A stretch of 63,094 bases of DNA, counting the filler, from Choristocarpus tenellus KU-1152 (Eukaryota > Protista > Phaeophyceae), in the NCBI GenBank assembly GCA_964200185.2. It is 7 parts of 7 records of this genome, joined end to end, with 100 filler letters (N's around TTAATTAATTAA, not from the genome) between each part and the next. Parts side by side here need not be neighbours in the genome. Positions count along the whole stretch, not along the records: positions 53,194 to 63,094 come from CAXNAD020003295.1; 6 more parts are not named here. One strand, given 5' to 3'. Position 1 is the stretch's first letter; each line of letters opens with the position of its first letter. The translations under genes were made by a program, and so were the position numbers. The notes under the pieces were generated by a model. It worked only from the letters and a program-made list of their open reading frames with translations. It had not been told where the DNA came from and ran no database searches. Positions 62,048-63,094 of this stretch are shown here, piece after piece.

Positions 62048-62627
62048 CATGCACGACCGATGTTCAACAAATACATAAAAAACAAAATGGATGAAGTAAA
62101 GAAGGATGGTATTGTACTGTTTGTTTGATCTTTAATGTAAAGTACTCTAGTGTGTTTTTCTTCAACCGAAAGAAAATTAGCACCTTCCGAGCTACCTAGT
62201 GTTTGGTTTTTTGCACGGTATTTCCTCTTTTTCAGACCCTACACAACAACAGAACTAGTTCAATATGATCGTGTTACATATGTATTGTTGCCTTCTTTCC
62301 TACCAAGTATATTTTCCCCCTTTCTACACCACAATCCCTGCATCTCTACATCCTACATCAATGTTTCTACATCCTATACCTCACCATGCTGCTTCTCAAC
62401 ATCGCCAATACTGACTCGCACCCACACACTCATCCACACCTGTTTCAACAACAAAAAATACTGAAAAGTATATAAAACCTTTCCAACACTGGCTCTATAC
62501 AGGTGCCTATTCGTCTTTGATAAATGTATCAATCTGCAAACGAAGTAATTCCCGTGCATCCAACCATCTGTTTTTCTCTTTAAGAGTCTTTTGAAGTTTG
62601 AGTCCTCTTATTATTTTTTGTCATCAT

Positions 62628-62706
62628 TACCACCACCACCACCACTACAACAACAGCTACTACTACTAGTGCTGCAGCTGCTGCTACTGCTGCTGCTGCT
62701 ACTGCT
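62628..62706. repeat. Compound trinucleotide microsatellite (CCA/CAA/CTA/CTG)
   Basis: Consecutive runs of CCA, CAA, CTA and CTG. Confidence 0.9.
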
Positions 62707-63094
62707 GAAGTTTAACAATAATGTACTAGAAATGGGCAGGTCAACAATGCGAGTGGCTGCATTTCTACCTCAGTGAGGTGTAACAAATTGAATACAAAAG
62801 AAAAACTCCTCTACTTCCAAGATATCGCTTTAATCCGTTGGCAGTATACCCGAGTCAGAATGTAACAAGTAGATAGATTGGGCGACCCTCCCTTGCCATG
62901 AAAGCAATGCGGAAGGAGTGAGGGGGTGAGGTAGGATACCCAGGTATACATAGCACAATGCGTGTGTAGGTCAGATTTGATGCCATACCTTGACTTCAAC
63001 ATATTGACCCAAAGTGTCTGTGGGGGGGGGGGGGGGGGGGCCCACAAAAGAGCAGGGGAGGGGGGGGGGGGGGGAAAGGGTGGGGGGCTGGGGG

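Noticed and set aside
62591-62776. Poly-P/Q/L protein
   Set aside because: It is the translation of a compound microsatellite, with no supporting gene structure.

Overview
This is eukaryotic nuclear DNA, not prokaryotic. It is intron-rich and repeat-rich, and most likely comes from an ochrophyte, probably a brown alga. That inference rests on a bipartite signal peptide with an ASAFAP-like plastid motif and on RTE and CRE retroelement relics of the kind seen in brown algae. The window is not contiguous: seven contigs are joined by six artificial 100-nt N-TTAATTAATTAA-N linkers. I reconstructed spliced gene models by hand from GT/GC-AG sites and reading-frame continuity. Contig 1 holds a plastid-targeted NAD(P)-binding (Rossmann-like) protein gene set head-to-head, 182 bp apart, with a secretory glycosyltransferase-like gene, plus an F-box-like/ARM-repeat gene. 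Other contigs carry partial Mei2-like RRM, TRP-type channel and DUF4470-like genes; the DUF4470-like gene has a probable GC-AG intron. The rest is mostly decayed transposable elements: an RTE LINE with two nested MITEs, a CRE-like endonuclease fragment, copia/gypsy relics and a frameshifted transposase. The most unusual structures are (i) a two-subfamily MITE system with GAGTCAAAG termini and variable 3-bp target duplications, (ii) a tandem array of ~480-bp units that each fold back on themselves, and (iii) a degenerate ~120-bp satellite. I found no CRISPR array, rRNA or tRNA. All family assignments come from motif recognition by eye, not database searches.
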